A stretch of 62,868 bases of DNA, filler included, from Collodictyon triciliatum (taxonomy: Eukaryota), in the NCBI GenBank assembly GCA_043381765.1. It is 51 parts of 51 records of this genome, joined end to end, with 100 filler letters (N's around TTAATTAATTAA, not from the genome) between each part and the next. Parts side by side here need not be neighbours in the genome. Positions count along the whole stretch, not along the records: positions 23,523 to 24,657 come from JBHJMP010012159.1; positions 24,758 to 25,891 come from JBHJMP010012160.1; positions 25,992 to 27,125 come from JBHJMP010012161.1; positions 27,226 to 28,359 come from JBHJMP010012162.1; positions 28,460 to 29,589 come from JBHJMP010012163.1; positions 29,690 to 30,823 come from JBHJMP010012164.1; positions 30,924 to 32,057 come from JBHJMP010012165.1; positions 32,158 to 33,310 come from JBHJMP010012166.1; 43 more parts are not named here. One strand, given 5' to 3'. Each line of letters opens with the position of its first letter. Within the stretch, counting starts at the first letter, position 1. Position numbers and translations under genes: made by a program. Below, one piece after another: positions 24,657 through 39,587 of this stretch. A model generated the notes under the pieces. That model searched no databases, had not been told where the DNA came from, and saw only the letters and a program-made list of their open reading frames with translations.

Positions 24657-27600
24657 GNNNNNNNNNNNNNNNNNNNNNNNNNNNNNNNNNNNNNNNNNNN
24701 NTTAATTAATTAANNNNNNNNNNNNNNNNNNNNNNNNNNNNNNNNNNNNNNNNNNNNTTTTTATCTTTTTTTATCTTTTTTTATCTTTTTTTATCTTTTT
24801 TTATCTTTTTTTATCTTTTTTATCTTTTTTATCTTTTTTATCTTTTTTATCTTTTTTATCTTTTTTATCTTTTTTATCTTTAGTTTGTTTTTACTAACTT
24901 CACCCATGTGATTAATCGAATCAAAAGGTCCCAGATGATTCCCATACCCTCCCACCAAAAAAGACGTGCCTTCAATATCGTTTCCATCTGCTTAAGGTTA
25001 TTTGACAAGCTTTCATTCACACTTCAGTTTGTGAATTGAGAATCCCAAAAAAAAAAAAAAAACAGATAATGGTTGTGATATATCATAAAAATAGGCTAAG
25101 CGAAAATTTATGCAGTCGTCTTTTTATTTTTATAAAATATATATGGTTACTTAGGCCATCCCCCAGTCACAATTTGAACGTGCAGAAGACTATGAAGTAA
25201 GCTGTCTCCCTAAGCTTCGAGAATATACATGACATGAGATGGCATATATTGGGTTAAAATAATTATATTTGCTTGACATTAGTAATGATTCCTCATTTAT
25301 TACCAAGGACTGGCTCGAAAGACAGACGAGAATATTTGAGATTGGATTAATCTCTCATATAATGGAAACAGACGTGGATATATGGGTTATGGATTCAGAG
25401 CAGGTCAATTGAACTTCGAGTGTATATGTGAATTGTGTTGAAAAAGGCCGTATTATTTATTACCGCTTGGTCTACATCTTGTTAAGAATAATAACAATCA
25501 ATAACGCAGAGCACGAAACAAGACGTTGTAGAAATGGTCAAATATGCCGCCCAAGCCATCGTTGAATGTGGCCCTCTATATTTTCATACCTTGGTTTTCG
25601 TTCCCAAATATACATTATTACTGTATTTGCCTAGATGGCTATTTAAGCTCTTAGAAGTGTCGAAGCACCCTCACTGACCACATTAAAAAAAACCTAGCAA
25701 AAAAACTCCCGGTTAAACAAATCGAAGAGCGCATAACGGCCTTGGATTCGATTCTAAAGAATATTGTACAGGTAATTCTCCAACATTACCATCTATCTCT
25801 CTATCTCTCTATCTCTCTATCTCTCTATCTCTCTATCTCTCTATCTCTCTATCTCTCTATCTCTCTATCTCTCTATCTCTCTATCTCTCTANNNNNNNNN
25901 NNNNNNNNNNNNNNNNNNNNNNNNNNNNNNNNNNNTTAATTAATTAANNNNNNNNNNNNNNNNNNNNNNNNNNNNNNNNNNNNNNNNNNNNATACATACA
26001 TACATACATACATACATACATACATACATACATACATACATACATACATACATACATACATACATACATACATACATACATACATACATACATACATACA
26101 TACATACATAATGGATATCATAATGGATACTTTTTGCATTTAGTATTAATGCTACAATCATGTCTCTAGTTAAATAGTGGGCAATCGTCATCAAGGAATC
26201 AGAGCTGGAAGCCGGTAGCTCGTGGTCAGGATGGAATATCCCTGGTAAATACATATTTCATAAATGCACACAAACAGCCCTGAAGTAGGCATACAGTTTC
26301 CCCCCGCCGGTTGGAATGCACAAAACCCATGTAGACTAATTCCATTGATGAAAATAAACAACAGGATGGAACACCATCTGTTTCCCCTCCTGGATTTTCA
26401 AATGCAAACAAGCTCTCTACTTATAATAAATTCCACAAACCAGCCAAAAAAGATGGTCATTATTCTGATTATAATTGTCACTTTTTCTATTCCTATTCTT
26501 CTGATAATTTCGATTTATTGTGTAATTCAAAGTTGATTTAATGACCAGCATTTCTTAGGTCTTGCTGCTTCAGATTTCGGTAGCGTTACAGGTGGATTAC
26601 TTTTCTTCTAATAAAAGATATAAAAATGTGTCAATAATGTTAGACACGTTTGTGTCTTTTAGTACTTGTTTATGTTAAAATACATAATTTCTTTTATATT
26701 CTTTAACCACATCATTCCTTCGATTCAGGAAGCGGCTTCTCACACATGCACGACCACCTGAACAGTCGCCACGCCGCCATTTCTCCCTCTGGCTATGGTA
26801 TAACTAATGTTTTGCACCATTCTCTACCACACAAGTATTTGGATGTGTATCCAATCTTACAAGAATGCCTGATCGAACAAATCCCTATCATTTCAATATC
26901 CTGGCTTTGAATAATGTTTACATACATTGTGAATTAGACCCTTTTTTTTTTTCTGCCCTTAAAAACCAAAAATGAAAACCTACTCGCAGACCATCCTATC
27001 GAATCGCCAGTTGGTTCTCCATCTGTCGCGATGAAATGTGCGATATCGACAAAATTTTGTTTCCAATTTACTATTGTCCTTTATTATAGTTTTGATTCTT
27101 TGAATCGAATAAAGGGGGGGGGGGGNNNNNNNNNNNNNNNNNNNNNNNNNNNNNNNNNNNNNNNNNNNNTTAATTAATTAANNNNNNNNNNNNNNNNNNN
27201 NNNNNNNNNNNNNNNNNNNNNNNNNAAAATTAAGATGTGAAAAAATATAAAATAAAAAAAAAAAAAAAAGACAGCGTTGCCTATTATTTTAATTATTACC
27301 TCAGAAATGACTATTACAAATATGAAAAGAACCTACCCACACGTTGAACAACCGACATGAACGAGATATTTTTTTAGATATTGGCAAGACAAACTGAGGG
27401 CCACTTATCTTGGTTTCCTCCAGTATTGAACAAGACCTATGTAATTTGCATACTTGCTCGTGGTTGCATTTTTATTTTGGTACGCATGTCAATCATGTTG
27501 CTCATAGTCAAGGGAGATGGCCAATAGGGCCCAGGATGTAAAATACACATTTAATATTAACCTATTATCTTTATTCTGAGCTGACAGTTGTGAATGTTTC

Positions 27601-28604
27601 TATATTCTGATGAAAACTACGGTAGCGATAAATTGAAGTTTTCATTATGAGAAGAATTAGTAATGAGCAAAAAGATATTTTGACAGAAAGGATAAAACTA
27701 GGAGTACATAATTCGAAAGGCACGAGGGATCTAATTCTTTGTTTCGGAAATAAGGCGAGAAAAAGCATATCGATTTCAGCCTTCACAATGCGTTGAGACT
27801 CGGAGACGATGAATAAAATTAGCCAATTTAAACATCTTTCTCATATGAACTATGGCAAGGACACCCAGAAAATTCTATGACTGAAAAGCACTCATTCGAT
27901 TTTTTGAAAATTAAATAAATCGAACATCAAAGAAACCCATAATTGCAACATGCATCTTTGTGGTTGTATACCTCTTATCTCGATGCCATCTTCAACGTGT
28001 TTCATAGTGAAGGAGTGCACCGCCTTCATCTGCATTTCTGGAGTCCCACGTCTGCGCAGCCGAGCGATTTGCATAATACCTGAAATCATCGCAAAGCCAA
28101 TTGATAAAAGACTGGCTCAAAGTATCGCACTTAAACTTTACTTTCCTATGTATACACTAAGCGTGTAAAGATCAATTATATATTTGGGCTGCTTGTATAG
28201 ATTTAGGACAAAAAAAATACTAATTTTTAAATTCCAAAAATCGACCATTTTCGTCATTTTGAGACGCAATTATATTATTCCAGAATAGAGCAGCTCTTCT
28301 GGAAAATGTCTTTATTAAGGCAATCGACGACATTCCCAATCCGACATCGGCCGATTTGTNNNNNNNNNNNNNNNNNNNNNNNNNNNNNNNNNNNNNNNNN
28401 NNNTTAATTAATTAANNNNNNNNNNNNNNNNNNNNNNNNNNNNNNNNNNNNNNNNNNNNCAAACAAACAAACAAACAAACAAACAAACAAACAAACAAAC
28501 AAACAAACAAACAAACAAACAAACAAACAAACAAACAAACAAACAAACAAACAAACAAACAAACAAACAAACAAAAAAACGGACAAAAAATCATCGAAAC
28601 TAAC

Positions 28605-29354
28605 CGAGTGTGTACGCAACGATGCCGCGGACTTTGTAGTTCCAGTCGATGAAGCCACCGCTGTGAGGATAGAGTCCCGAACCTTGGATATTGTCGTAGG
28701 TAACTCTGTGGACAGAGTAGATTCCGCTCTGCGCGAAATATGTAAATTAATCATCACTGCCTACTTACTTCAGCCATCCATCTCATCACTCTCACAAAAT
28801 AAAAATCAATCATAAAATTAGAAAGTTGTCCTCATATTCATTAAATGCAAGAAAGTAACTTTGAGAAAAAAAAAAGCTCAACATATGGCAGTATTGTATG
28901 ACCATATCCACTTTTACTTTGTGACGATGTTGATTTTAGCATATTGTACTATATAAACTTGAACTACATAAAGCCCGCAAAAATATAAGAATGATTAGAT
29001 AAAAACTCAGAAATAATACGGAAAAATGCGAGAGCGAGATAAAATAAAAGAAGATAACTTAAATAAAAAAGAGAAGGAAAGCGAACAACCAAAGAATCAT
29101 AATTACAGAATACCCACCTGAATAGCAGCGCCGATAGACTTGAGTTTGGCTTCATCTGGAGAAGCAGTGTATGTCCACTGCCACGGGCGCAGAATCAAGT
29201 ACCCGTAAGTGTGGAAATCAACTGCGCCTTTGATGCGAGGATTGGCAGCAATGTATTTACTCGCCGTGGATGTTTCTGGCTCACTGAAGGGAGCTGTTCC
29301 GCAATATGTGTCGCTCGATGGAATTGTGCTTGAGCCAACACCACAATGCTCGAC
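28605..29354 (-). CDS. Zinc carboxypeptidase (M14A), exons 29118-29354 and 28605-28728
   Basis: GSSTIPSSDTYCGTAPFSEPET..AVDFHTYGYLILRPW..PD..L and LYPHSGGFIDWNY..GIVAYTL. GT-AG boundaries, in frame. Confidence 0.9.
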
Positions 29355-29471
29355 CTATTGCAAAATATTAATAAAAGAAATTTGAATTATTATAGGTTTC
29401 GAAACCAACGTATGAGGCGATAAAGAAATGAAAATGGAAATGCCGTAAATATATTAAAAAACAAACAAACA

Positions 29472-29563
<92 letters not shown>

Positions 29564-29972
29564 AAATAAGAAAGAAAATAAGAAAGAAANNNNNNNNNNN
29601 NNNNNNNNNNNNNNNNNNNNNNNNNNNNNNNNNTTAATTAATTAANNNNNNNNNNNNNNNNNNNNNNNNNNNNNNNNNNNNNNNNNNNNACAAGAACAAG
29701 AACAAGAACAAGAACAAGAACAAGAACAAGAACAAGAACAAGAACAAGAACAAGAACAAGAACAAGAACAAGAACAAGAACAAGAACAAGAACAAGAACA
29801 AGAACAAGAACAGAAAAATTATAGAAAAGAATAAAAGCAAATCAAAAAAATGAATGCGTGATTACTGATGGCTTTCCACTTCAAGTGCAAATAATTTCTC
29901 GACAAGATTTAGAGAAGGAAAATATTAATATGTGGTAAGACAAAGTTGAATAAAAACTATGATGAAGCTTAC

Positions 29973-30585
29973 CTTGAAAGTATTCAGAGCGTTCAAGTAT
30001 TGGTTCCTCTCAGCCAGGTCGCCACGAGTCAACAAGACCTGCGCAATGGGGATGTGGTACATGCCAAACAAATCGTCATATATTCTCATCAAACGGCCCT
30101 GACCGACAGCGGCGACTGCCTGCTTTTTTGCAAGAACCTACCATGTATATGCCCCTTCATCAAAAAAATCTTTAAAAAATAAGGCAAAATAAATAAATAA
30201 ATAATATGTATAAACCATAAATACCATAGCCAATACAATGATGAGCATGATATATGGCGATCCATAGTAGATAAATCATTCTAACCTTTGGCCTTTCTGT
30301 CAACTGCAGTCGGATGCAACCGACGGCAACAGCGCCAGAGCTAACAATAACAACCTTGAAACCATTCTTTCTCAACTCAATCACAGCCTCCACAAGGTTG
30401 GCCAGATTGGACAATGAGACATCGCGGGATTTTGTCCTCACAATAGACGAGGACCCGATTTTGATCACCACGATCTTTTGCGCTTTCTCAACTGGTAAAG
30501 TTGAGGCTCCGGCCAAGTGAGGATCTTCGGGCCTCGGCTCCTGGGTCTGAACGAAAGCATTATGGTCCTTGAAATGTGTGCACAA
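29973..30585 (-). CDS. proB: Glutamate 5-kinase, exons about 30286-30585 and 29973-30137
   Basis: [71 protein letters not shown]. Confidence 0.93.
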
Positions 30586-30731
30586 GGAGTGTTTGTTCGG
30601 CGGACGAAGGGAGAATAGAAGACTTACAGATATGATTGACCAAATAAAAATAGGGAAAATAGGAAAAATAGGGAAATAAAAAAAGACAAAAGATGAAAGC
30701 TGAACTAGGATTTGATAGAAGACGAAAGGAA

Positions 30732-30823
<92 letters not shown>

Positions 30824-31779
30824 NNNNNNNNNNNNNNNNNNNNNNNNNNNNNNNNNNNNNNNNNNNNTTAATTAATTAANNNNNNNNNNNNNNNNNNNNN
30901 NNNNNNNNNNNNNNNNNNNNNNNAAAGAGAAAAAGAGAAAAAGAGAAAAAGAGAAAAAGAGAAAAAGAGAAAAAGAGAAAAAGAGAAAAAGAGAAAAAGA
31001 GAACAAGAGAACAAGAGAACAAGAGAACAAGAGAACAAGAGAACAAGAGAACAAGAGAACAAGAGAACAAGAGAACAAGAGAACAAGAGAACAAGAGAAC
31101 AAGAGAACAAGAGAACACGAGAAAAAGTTTCCCTTCAAAACTATACTAATTGCAACAATATCACTATGGATGAATTAAATAATACCGACATCGATGTCCA
31201 AGTTCTTTTTTGATACACTTGCATATGGAAGTGAAACAATGGCAACATTTTCTTCTATTAAAATTTTTCAGGTTTTTTTTTTTAGATTTACGCCGACGAT
31301 CAAGTTTCGTTGATTCGAAAAATTTTTGACTTTCCAATGCCAATCGTTTGATGTCGAAGAGTGTTATTCGTAATTACCTATGCTATTAGCGTTTCTGAGG
31401 GCAAATGAAAAAGAAAGTGTGAGTGAAGAGAAGATTAAATCAATAAAGTGCATTAACAAACTAAATTGAAATAAGATAATTGTAGTAATCGTTAGTATTC
31501 AACACAAATTGAATTTATATGATATGTAAAACCCCGTTTAATACAATGATTGCTAAATGGATATGGCTTCACCTTTTCCAGTACAGACGCAGACCCCCGA
31601 GAGGCATCCGAGAAAAACTGTGAACGGGCCATAGTGGTAGGCAGAGGTTGAATTTATCCCCTTTTCGAATCTCTGGAGACAAATACAAGAGATAGAAAAT
31701 TTTTGGGGTTCAGAGCAGATATATAAATGCTGGTAGCGGCCTGGTCGCATAGCCAATAATGATAATGATAATGATAATG

Positions 31780-31814
<35 letters not shown>

Positions 31815-31815
31815 G

Positions 31816-31912
<97 letters not shown>

Positions 31913-32157
31913 TTCGTTTCATTTTTCAAACAGAAGCATAAGTCGGACCATTGAATGGGAGTTGCTCGTTAAGTTGAGCAAGCCCGACGCTACCATGTCT
32001 ATTATCCATCTGAATGCAGTCCTTTGGTACCTGTTCCAAAATTATTGTTCCAAATAANNNNNNNNNNNNNNNNNNNNNNNNNNNNNNNNNNNNNNNNNNN
32101 NTTAATTAATTAANNNNNNNNNNNNNNNNNNNNNNNNNNNNNNNNNNNNNNNNNNNN

Positions 32158-33310
32158 CTGTCATTCAGCTTTACAAAACAGCTGCTGTTAGATATGGAGA
32201 GAAGTCATCCTATGAAAACTGGGACTGCTGGGTGGCTTGTGAGAATGCACACCAATACTGCAAAGAGAACAAACTACATGAAAGTGGCGTGGCATTCTGG
32301 GCTGAGATGAGAGGCAGGTTCAGTGATAAACTCGGATGGATTCATGAAAGAACAAGACTGGCAAATGTTTTCCTATTTGATTACAGTAAATATGTTGAGG
32401 ATTTCAATATCGATATGAAGGGCTTTGACCTTTCGGACTCTGATAACGCTAGCTTTCTGGAATATGTTGGAAAATCTAACTATGATTTAAACAGGTAATT
32501 TCTTTGATATAAAAACTAATTATACTCAAGTATGTTAAGAATAAAATGTTAAAAAATATTTGCTTATAGGCTGGACCAAGTTGTTGAGTATTTCCAAAAG
32601 GCAGCTGCTATCAGAGAGGAGACAAAGACTGTAATGCTGCTTAATGACACTCATCAGATTGACAGCATTATCCGGTTGATGAAGGAAAAGAAGGAGCATG
32701 AAGCTGTCATTCAGCTTTACAAAACAGCTGCTGTTAGATATGGAGAGAAGTCATCCTATGAAAACTGGGACTGCTGGGTGACTTGTGAGACTGTGCACCA
32801 ATACTGCAAAGAGAACAAGCTACACGAAGGTGGCGTGGCATTCTGGGCTGAGATGAGAGACAGATTCATTGATAAGCTCGGATGGATTCATGAGAGAACA
32901 AGACTGGCAAACGTTTTCCTATTTGATTACAGTAAATATGTTGAGGATTTCAATATCGATATGAAGGGATTTAAAGCTTTGGATGTCAATAATGCAGATA
33001 CTCTTGAGAATATTGGCATAACAAACTTTGAGCTTAAAAGGTAAAATATTATGGTCAACCTATTAAATTGAATATTTTCATAAAAACTTGTAAAATAAAA
33101 AATACATCAATCATAACTAATATGCGTGCATTTAGATTGGACCAAGTCATTGAATATTTCCAAAAGGCAGCTGCTATCAGAGAGGAGACAAATACAATTA
33201 TGCTGCTTAATGACACTCATCAGATTGACAACATTATCCGCCTCATGAAGGAAAAGAAGGAGCATGAAGCTGTCATTCAGCTTTACAAAACAGCTGCTGT
33301 TAGATATGGA
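32158..33310 (+). CDS. Alpha-helical (TPR-like) tandem-repeat protein with one 157-codon repeat per exon (exons ..32494, 32570-33040, 33136..)
   Basis: Three near-identical copies of AVIQLYKTAAVRYG at 32158, 32704 and 33270. Phase-2 GT-AG introns 32495-32569 and 33041-33135. Confidence 0.8.
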
Positions 33311-33410
33311 NNNNNNNNNNNNNNNNNNNNNNNNNNNNNNNNNNNNNNNNNNNNTTAATTAATTAANNNNNNNNNNNNNNNNNNNNNNNNNNNNNNNNNN
33401 NNNNNNNNNN

Positions 33411-33510
33411 AACTATGAACTATGAACTATGAACTATGAACTATGAACTATGAACTATGAACTATGAACTATGAACTATGAACTATGAACTATGAACTAT
33501 GAACTATGAA
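33411..33510 (+). repeat. (AACTATG)n 7-bp tandem repeat
   Basis: About 14 perfect copies at the contig start. Confidence 0.95.
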
Positions 33511-33593
33511 GTGTGAGGGAAAAAAAAACCCACAAATAAAAAATAATAAAATAAAACGAGATGAAACAAATAATGAAGGAGGCGGAATAAAAC

Positions 33594-34310
33594 CTTCTCC
33601 AGACTGTGCATCTGCCCAGTGAGGACCTGCTTCGTGGAGGCAAGTTCTTTATCAAATTCACTTTTTGCTTCACTCAAGGCTACGTTGTGTTCGCCTTCTA
33701 GTTTCTTGGCAAGTTCTTGAGTGGCTTCATGATGCCTGGAGAGTATGTCAATTAATTAAATACTAGGATATGATATAATCATCCTATGCTTACAGATGTT
33801 TGTATTATATATTTCATCTCGGAGGAGGGGGTGGTGTCATTATTCTAGTCCCTCCAAATTATTCCCAAATATCCGGACATAATTACTTTAGTCGAAGAGC
33901 CTCTATTTCCTTTGAGTACTGGTCTTCGAGCTCTTTAAGTTTAATGGCTGTCGCATCGTTGGCAGCAGCAAGTTGTTCTCGATAGTTCTATACATATGTA
34001 CAATACAGGAGGAATGAGTGCAAAGGCCTATATGAGACACATATTGGATGAAGAAGAGTGAAGACTCGAATTCTAAAAAATATCATGAACATAAAAGAAA
34101 ACAAGTATAAAGTAAAGAAATAAAAACATGTGGGGACTGACCCTTTTGGCTTGTTCGAGCTCCGCCTCGAGGGCAAGAATGCGATTAGATTGTGATTCAG
34201 ACTCCGTGGATAGCCTTTGTCGAAGGGATTCAATTTCCAGCTTCATCGCCCTTTCGAGCTCCATTTTTTCTTGGCTGAGCTGGTTCCGTTGTGTAAAGAG
34301 CATCGACTGA
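33594..34310 (-). CDS. Coiled-coil protein, internal exons (boundaries approximate)
   Basis: Heptad-rich exon translations EKMELERAMKLEIESLRQRL..ILALEAELEQAKR, EQLAAANDATAIKLKELEDQYSKEIEALRLK and HHEATQELAKKLEGEH.. Confidence 0.6.
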
Positions 34311-37300
34311 TACGAGTTTTCAGATTGATTAAAATGAATCAAAATTTTATACAACTTAAAAATTTAACCGGGACTTTTAAAAAGGTGGTATTAAATGGCT
34401 GGCACAACACACGGCAAGATATTTTAGAATGCAAAACAGGCAAGAAAAATAAATTTAAAAAGAGAAGGGAGCCCTACATCACGCTCCTTATCTTTTGCCT
34501 CGATAGTTTTTCTTTGCATGTCGATAATCTCCTCGTGGAGTTTTNNNNNNNNNNNNNNNNNNNNNNNNNNNNNNNNNNNNNNNNNNNNTTAATTAATTAA
34601 NNNNNNNNNNNNNNNNNNNNNNNNNNNNNNNNNNNNNNNNNNNNAAAAACAAAAAACAAAAAACAAAAAACAAAAAACAAAAAACAAAAAACAAAAAACA
34701 AAAAACAAAAAACAAAAAACAAAAAAACAAAAAAACAAAAAAAAACAAAAAAACAAAAAAACAAAAAAACAAAAAAACAAACAAAAAACAAACAAAAAAC
34801 AAAAAAAACAAAAAAAAACAAAAAAAAACTATAAAACGTCGATTTTAACTCTATTTTTTTTTCGTCAATTGTAGATAAATGCTAACGAACCACTGCAAAC
34901 GTTTTGCTTTGCACGCGGCCCCGCGTGCTGGTTTGAGAGTATTGCTTTTCTCATATTCATTAATGCACGTCTCGCCGCATCAGCTTTCTTAACCCAGCGA
35001 ATTGAAACACTTTGTCCCAAACGATTCCTCTCATCCTTTTTTTTTCTTTCTCATCGCTATTCCATATGCAAAACTCTCAGACCTTCTCTCTTGGGGTCGA
35101 CTCAACTCCAGAGGATGTTGCAAACGCCATGCGCGCTGAAAAGTAAATGAGCAGGAACATATGTGTTCATTAATATCATTAGTTATTCATCCTTTGCATT
35201 TTCATGATTCATCGGTCACAATCCTATACGCAGAGAAATCCTGACCTCCTTTCTCACACGACAGAGTCAACCGCGGTCTTATCTACACAGACCCGAAGAG
35301 TGGGCAAATCAAGTCTTCCCACAAACTGTTTCAGCCCTTTGCCGACATGCTGCAGCAAGACAAGCGCGATTACTTGGGCCATGAAGTTAGTCTACAAAAT
35401 ACCTTCTTTTATATATATATATATATATACAATTTGTTCCAGTGTCACAAGGAAGAACTAGTTATATTGATATACATGGTGTGAAATATATGCTTGGGCT
35501 TCTGTCCCAGTACAAATATTTTCTCCAATACTTATGCTTTTGAGTATCATTTCTTTCACATGATGCTTCTAATATTTGTATATCTCAGTATTTGCCTCCA
35601 GAATATTGAGTGAGTGCTTATCAAACACGTGCTGAAGGTGAATTAATCACTTTTTTTTTTATTACTACCCAGGCAGTTTTCCTTCAGCGTTGCCCGCAAA
35701 CTAACATCTTGATGGGAGCTTTTGTTCACAAGACAGGTTTCCTTCCCCCCCCTTCTTTTTTTTTTTTTTTTTTTTTTTNNNNNNNNNNNNNNNNNNNNNN
35801 NNNNNNNNNNNNNNNNNNNNNNTTAATTAATTAANNNNNNNNNNNNNNNNNNNNNNNNNNNNNNNNNNNNNNNNNNNNGTTTGTATGTTTGTTTGTATGT
35901 TTGTTTGTATGTTTGTTTGTATGTTTGTTTGTATGTTTGTTTGTATGTTTGTTTGTATGTTTGTTTGTATGTTTGTTTCATTGTACGAGATTGAGAAAGC
36001 GTTTATTTTTATCAAAAATACTCATGAGAAAAAGTGATTGATGATATACTGAAAATTAAGACTACACCTTTCGACAGCAAAAAGTCATCACCCCAACTAA
36101 TTTTTCGTTGTGGATTAAAGGAAATGAGGCACAGCAGTTAACTCTCGTGCTCTGGATGCGATGATTTTAATTTTAAAATGATTATTATACAAGGATATAA
36201 AGTTTACTGCATGACGTTATGTATTTACTTGGATGGTGTCGACCTCCATATCAAACGTATCAGATTGCTCTACAAAAGGAACAAATATGGGCTCTAGTGA
36301 TGAAGCAACTTTCCCAGATACTCCCTTTTTATTTTGATCATTTATTTAATATAAAAATTAGTGAAAACATCCCGCAAATATCAGTACCAACTACACTGTC
36401 AAGGAGGAGTTGACAAGAGAAATCAAATATTGTATGGTGCTTGATAATGGCATACTCGGGTCATCCTGAATCTTTTGGGTGTTGCTAATGTAATCCGTCA
36501 TTAATATTCATTAATTTCGTGGGTGTGAAAATGAAGAAGATTTTAATTCAGAAGACAAGTACAAAATAAGAGTGAAATTACGTTTTTCTTTATAGAAATA
36601 CAACAATTCCTTTGATCTAAGATCAGCCAGAAATGTATTGCACACAACCGCCCCAAATAACTTCCCCATTTTCCCAGAAAAATCTTCCAAAAAGTCTGTA
36701 AACGTTGTGTGCCTGAGGAATAGCTCGGAGATCTCTGTGAAGTGTTGCAACTAAAATGCAACAACAAAATATTTATAGTACATAACACATACTGCCAAAA
36801 AAAAAAAAAAAAAAAAATTTAAAAAAAAAAAAATTTTATACCAAAAAAAAAAAAAAAAAAAAAAAAAAAACACTTTCAATTAGCAGCTTTGCATCTTTTT
36901 ATTCCTTTATATTTGTTCTATTGATTTAGAACCTCATTAATTAAAAAAAAATAGAGGATGGTGCCAACTGTATGATACATATTCATAATGTTTGCGAAAA
37001 AAAAAAAAAAAANNNNNNNNNNNNNNNNNNNNNNNNNNNNNNNNNNNNNNNNNNNNTTAATTAATTAANNNNNNNNNNNNNNNNNNNNNNNNNNNNNNNN
37101 NNNNNNNNNNNNTGGGCGAGCTACATCAGAAAGTTGAGGCTGCACAAAGAGAAATCGACTCTAGATTGTCAAAACTTATCCATGAGTTCGTGAAAGTACA
37201 AGATACGTTCGCACAGGTTTCTTTCATTTTTAATTCCCTACAATAAAATCATTCTTTTCTTCTTTTCTTTCTTTTTTGTCATATATTTCCCTTATTTCCA

Positions 37301-39587
37301 TGTTCTTTTTGAAAAAAAACACATTCGATTAATAATACAAACCGAATAGAAATTGGGCCGTGTGGAGGCAGACTTTGGTAATAAATGGTACAGCTCCCAA
37401 GAAACCGACCACGAGCGACGTTTCGGTGGCGTCATTAGAGATTTGGAATCAAAATTAAACGCGACAGACGTATCCGATGGACTAATCAGCGAACTAGATT
37501 ATGCCATCGACCTCATCCCCCAAAAGAAGGAGATTCCGTTGAGCGAAGATAACATCAAGGATATAGAAAAGGTAGCCCTTACCTGTATGAATGTCCTAAA
37601 TCATTTATGTTGTCTTTTTCTATATCTCCAAAGTTGCACATGAGAACGACTTGTCTCACCGTTCCTCGACATTCGCACGCCAACAACAACTCACCTTTTT
37701 TTTTCTCACCTTAAGTTTGGTAACGGATTGATTCTTAAAATATAACCATAGTTTTTGGACGAGGAAGAAGAGAAACTCTTTAAGATTGAAGAAATATTGG
37801 AAAAGAGCGTGGTCCTCAAGAAAGAGATCTTTAAGCAATAAAGCTCACATCGCCCTTCTCATCACTTCTCTTTCGAAACACCTTTTTTGGAAATCCAAAT
37901 CTCCGACACAATCCACCCAGCTAGTCGGAAGGTACACAATCATCGCCCTTATTTTCCAGAATATATTTTTGTAAAAGGCATGAATAGATGAAATCTCCTT
38001 TCTGGATTTCTACAGTTGTTTCCTTTTGTCGCTTTTTTGATGGTCACCCATTCTTTTTCGTCTTTTGTCTTTTGTCTTTTGTCTTTTGTCTTTTCTTTTT
38101 TCTTTTTTCTTTTGTCTTTTGTCTTTTGTCTTTTGTCTTTTGTCCTTTTCTTTTGTTTTTTGTCTTTTGTCTTTTGTCTTTTGTCTTTTGTCTTTTGTCT
38201 TTTGTCTTTTGTCTTTTGTCTTTTTTTCTTTTTGTTTTTGTTTTTCTTTTNNNNNNNNNNNNNNNNNNNNNNNNNNNNNNNNNNNNNNNNNNNNTTAATT
38301 AATTAANNNNNNNNNNNNNNNNNNNNNNNNNNNNNNNNNNNNNNNNNNNNCTTTTTTTCTCTCTTTTTTTCTCTCTTTTTTTCTCTCTTTTTTTCTCTCT
38401 TTTTTTCTCTCTTTTTTTCTCTCTTTTTTTCTCTCTTTTTTCTCTCTTTTTCTTTGTGCATAAGTGGATCGACTCTGCTCGTTTGTGAGACCCTCGCCTT
38501 TGCAACGGTTGTTTCGTGCTTCGCGGAGTGCGCGTTGATCAAAGGGACACAGGCGCAGATGAAAGCAGGGAGCGCAATGCGCAGTCGAAATGAGGCTCGG
38601 GTTTGCAACGAGAGTGATTGCTCATGTCCGGTATCCGTGAGCTGCAGACCTTTGCGATCGAGTGGAGCCCCGTGGTCGCTGAGGCTCCTCTAAACCCTGA
38701 CTCGGCGAGAGACATTGGTTTTGGCTTTCTCTGTCACGCGTGGATCAGATCACACGCATCAGAGATGCATCACCCAAAAACTGTACAAATGTGGAGCTGA
38801 TCAGCGCAAGTATGTTTGATTTGCAGATAATTCAGAGAATAGTTACAAATATGTAAAAAAATCGATTATAGGTTTCGATGTTAAATACACATATCTTATA
38901 CAGATTCTAACTAGTCACAACTGCACATGTACACCCGGTTATCACAAAAGGGCTGTCTGTATTATTGGCAACTCTGGAATTTTCCGTAGTATATCTTTAT
39001 GAAATCGTTTCAAAAGTTAAATTGTGGTAGCAAATGGTACAAAAATACTTTGATGATTACACAAATGATGCGGTTTATAATTTCCACAAGTAAATCAGGT
39101 TCAAATGTTCGAATTTTCAAAGCTTATCGGTTCTGTAGTTCTGCTTCTTGTGTCGCTTGCCTGGGTGCGATTTGCTTTTGCTTGCCAGAGCAATTACACA
39201 CCGCTGGCCTTGTGAGAAGCTCTTGCGCTTTTAAAGACATAGGAATACCTCATACTTCCCCATCAGTCACAAAGACCCATCACAAGAAAAACCAAAAAAA
39301 CAAGAAAAACCAAAAAAACAAGAAAAACCAAAAAAAACCAAAAAAACCAAAAAAACCAAAAAAACCAAAAAAACCAAAAAAACCAAAAAAACCAAAAAAA
39401 CCAAAAAAACCAAAAAAACCAAAAAAACCAAAAAAACCAAAAAAACCAAAAAAACCAAAAAAAACAAACCAAAAAAACCAAAAAAAANNNNNNNNNNNNN
39501 NNNNNNNNNNNNNNNNNNNNNNNNNNNNNNNTTAATTAATTAANNNNNNNNNNNNNNNNNNNNNNNNNNNNNNNNNNNNNNNNNNNN

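Noticed and set aside
22288-24657. Apparent viral gene cluster (orphan ORF next to the capsid contig)
   Set aside because: The two contigs are separated by an artificial spacer and ordered by length, so adjacency is not synteny.
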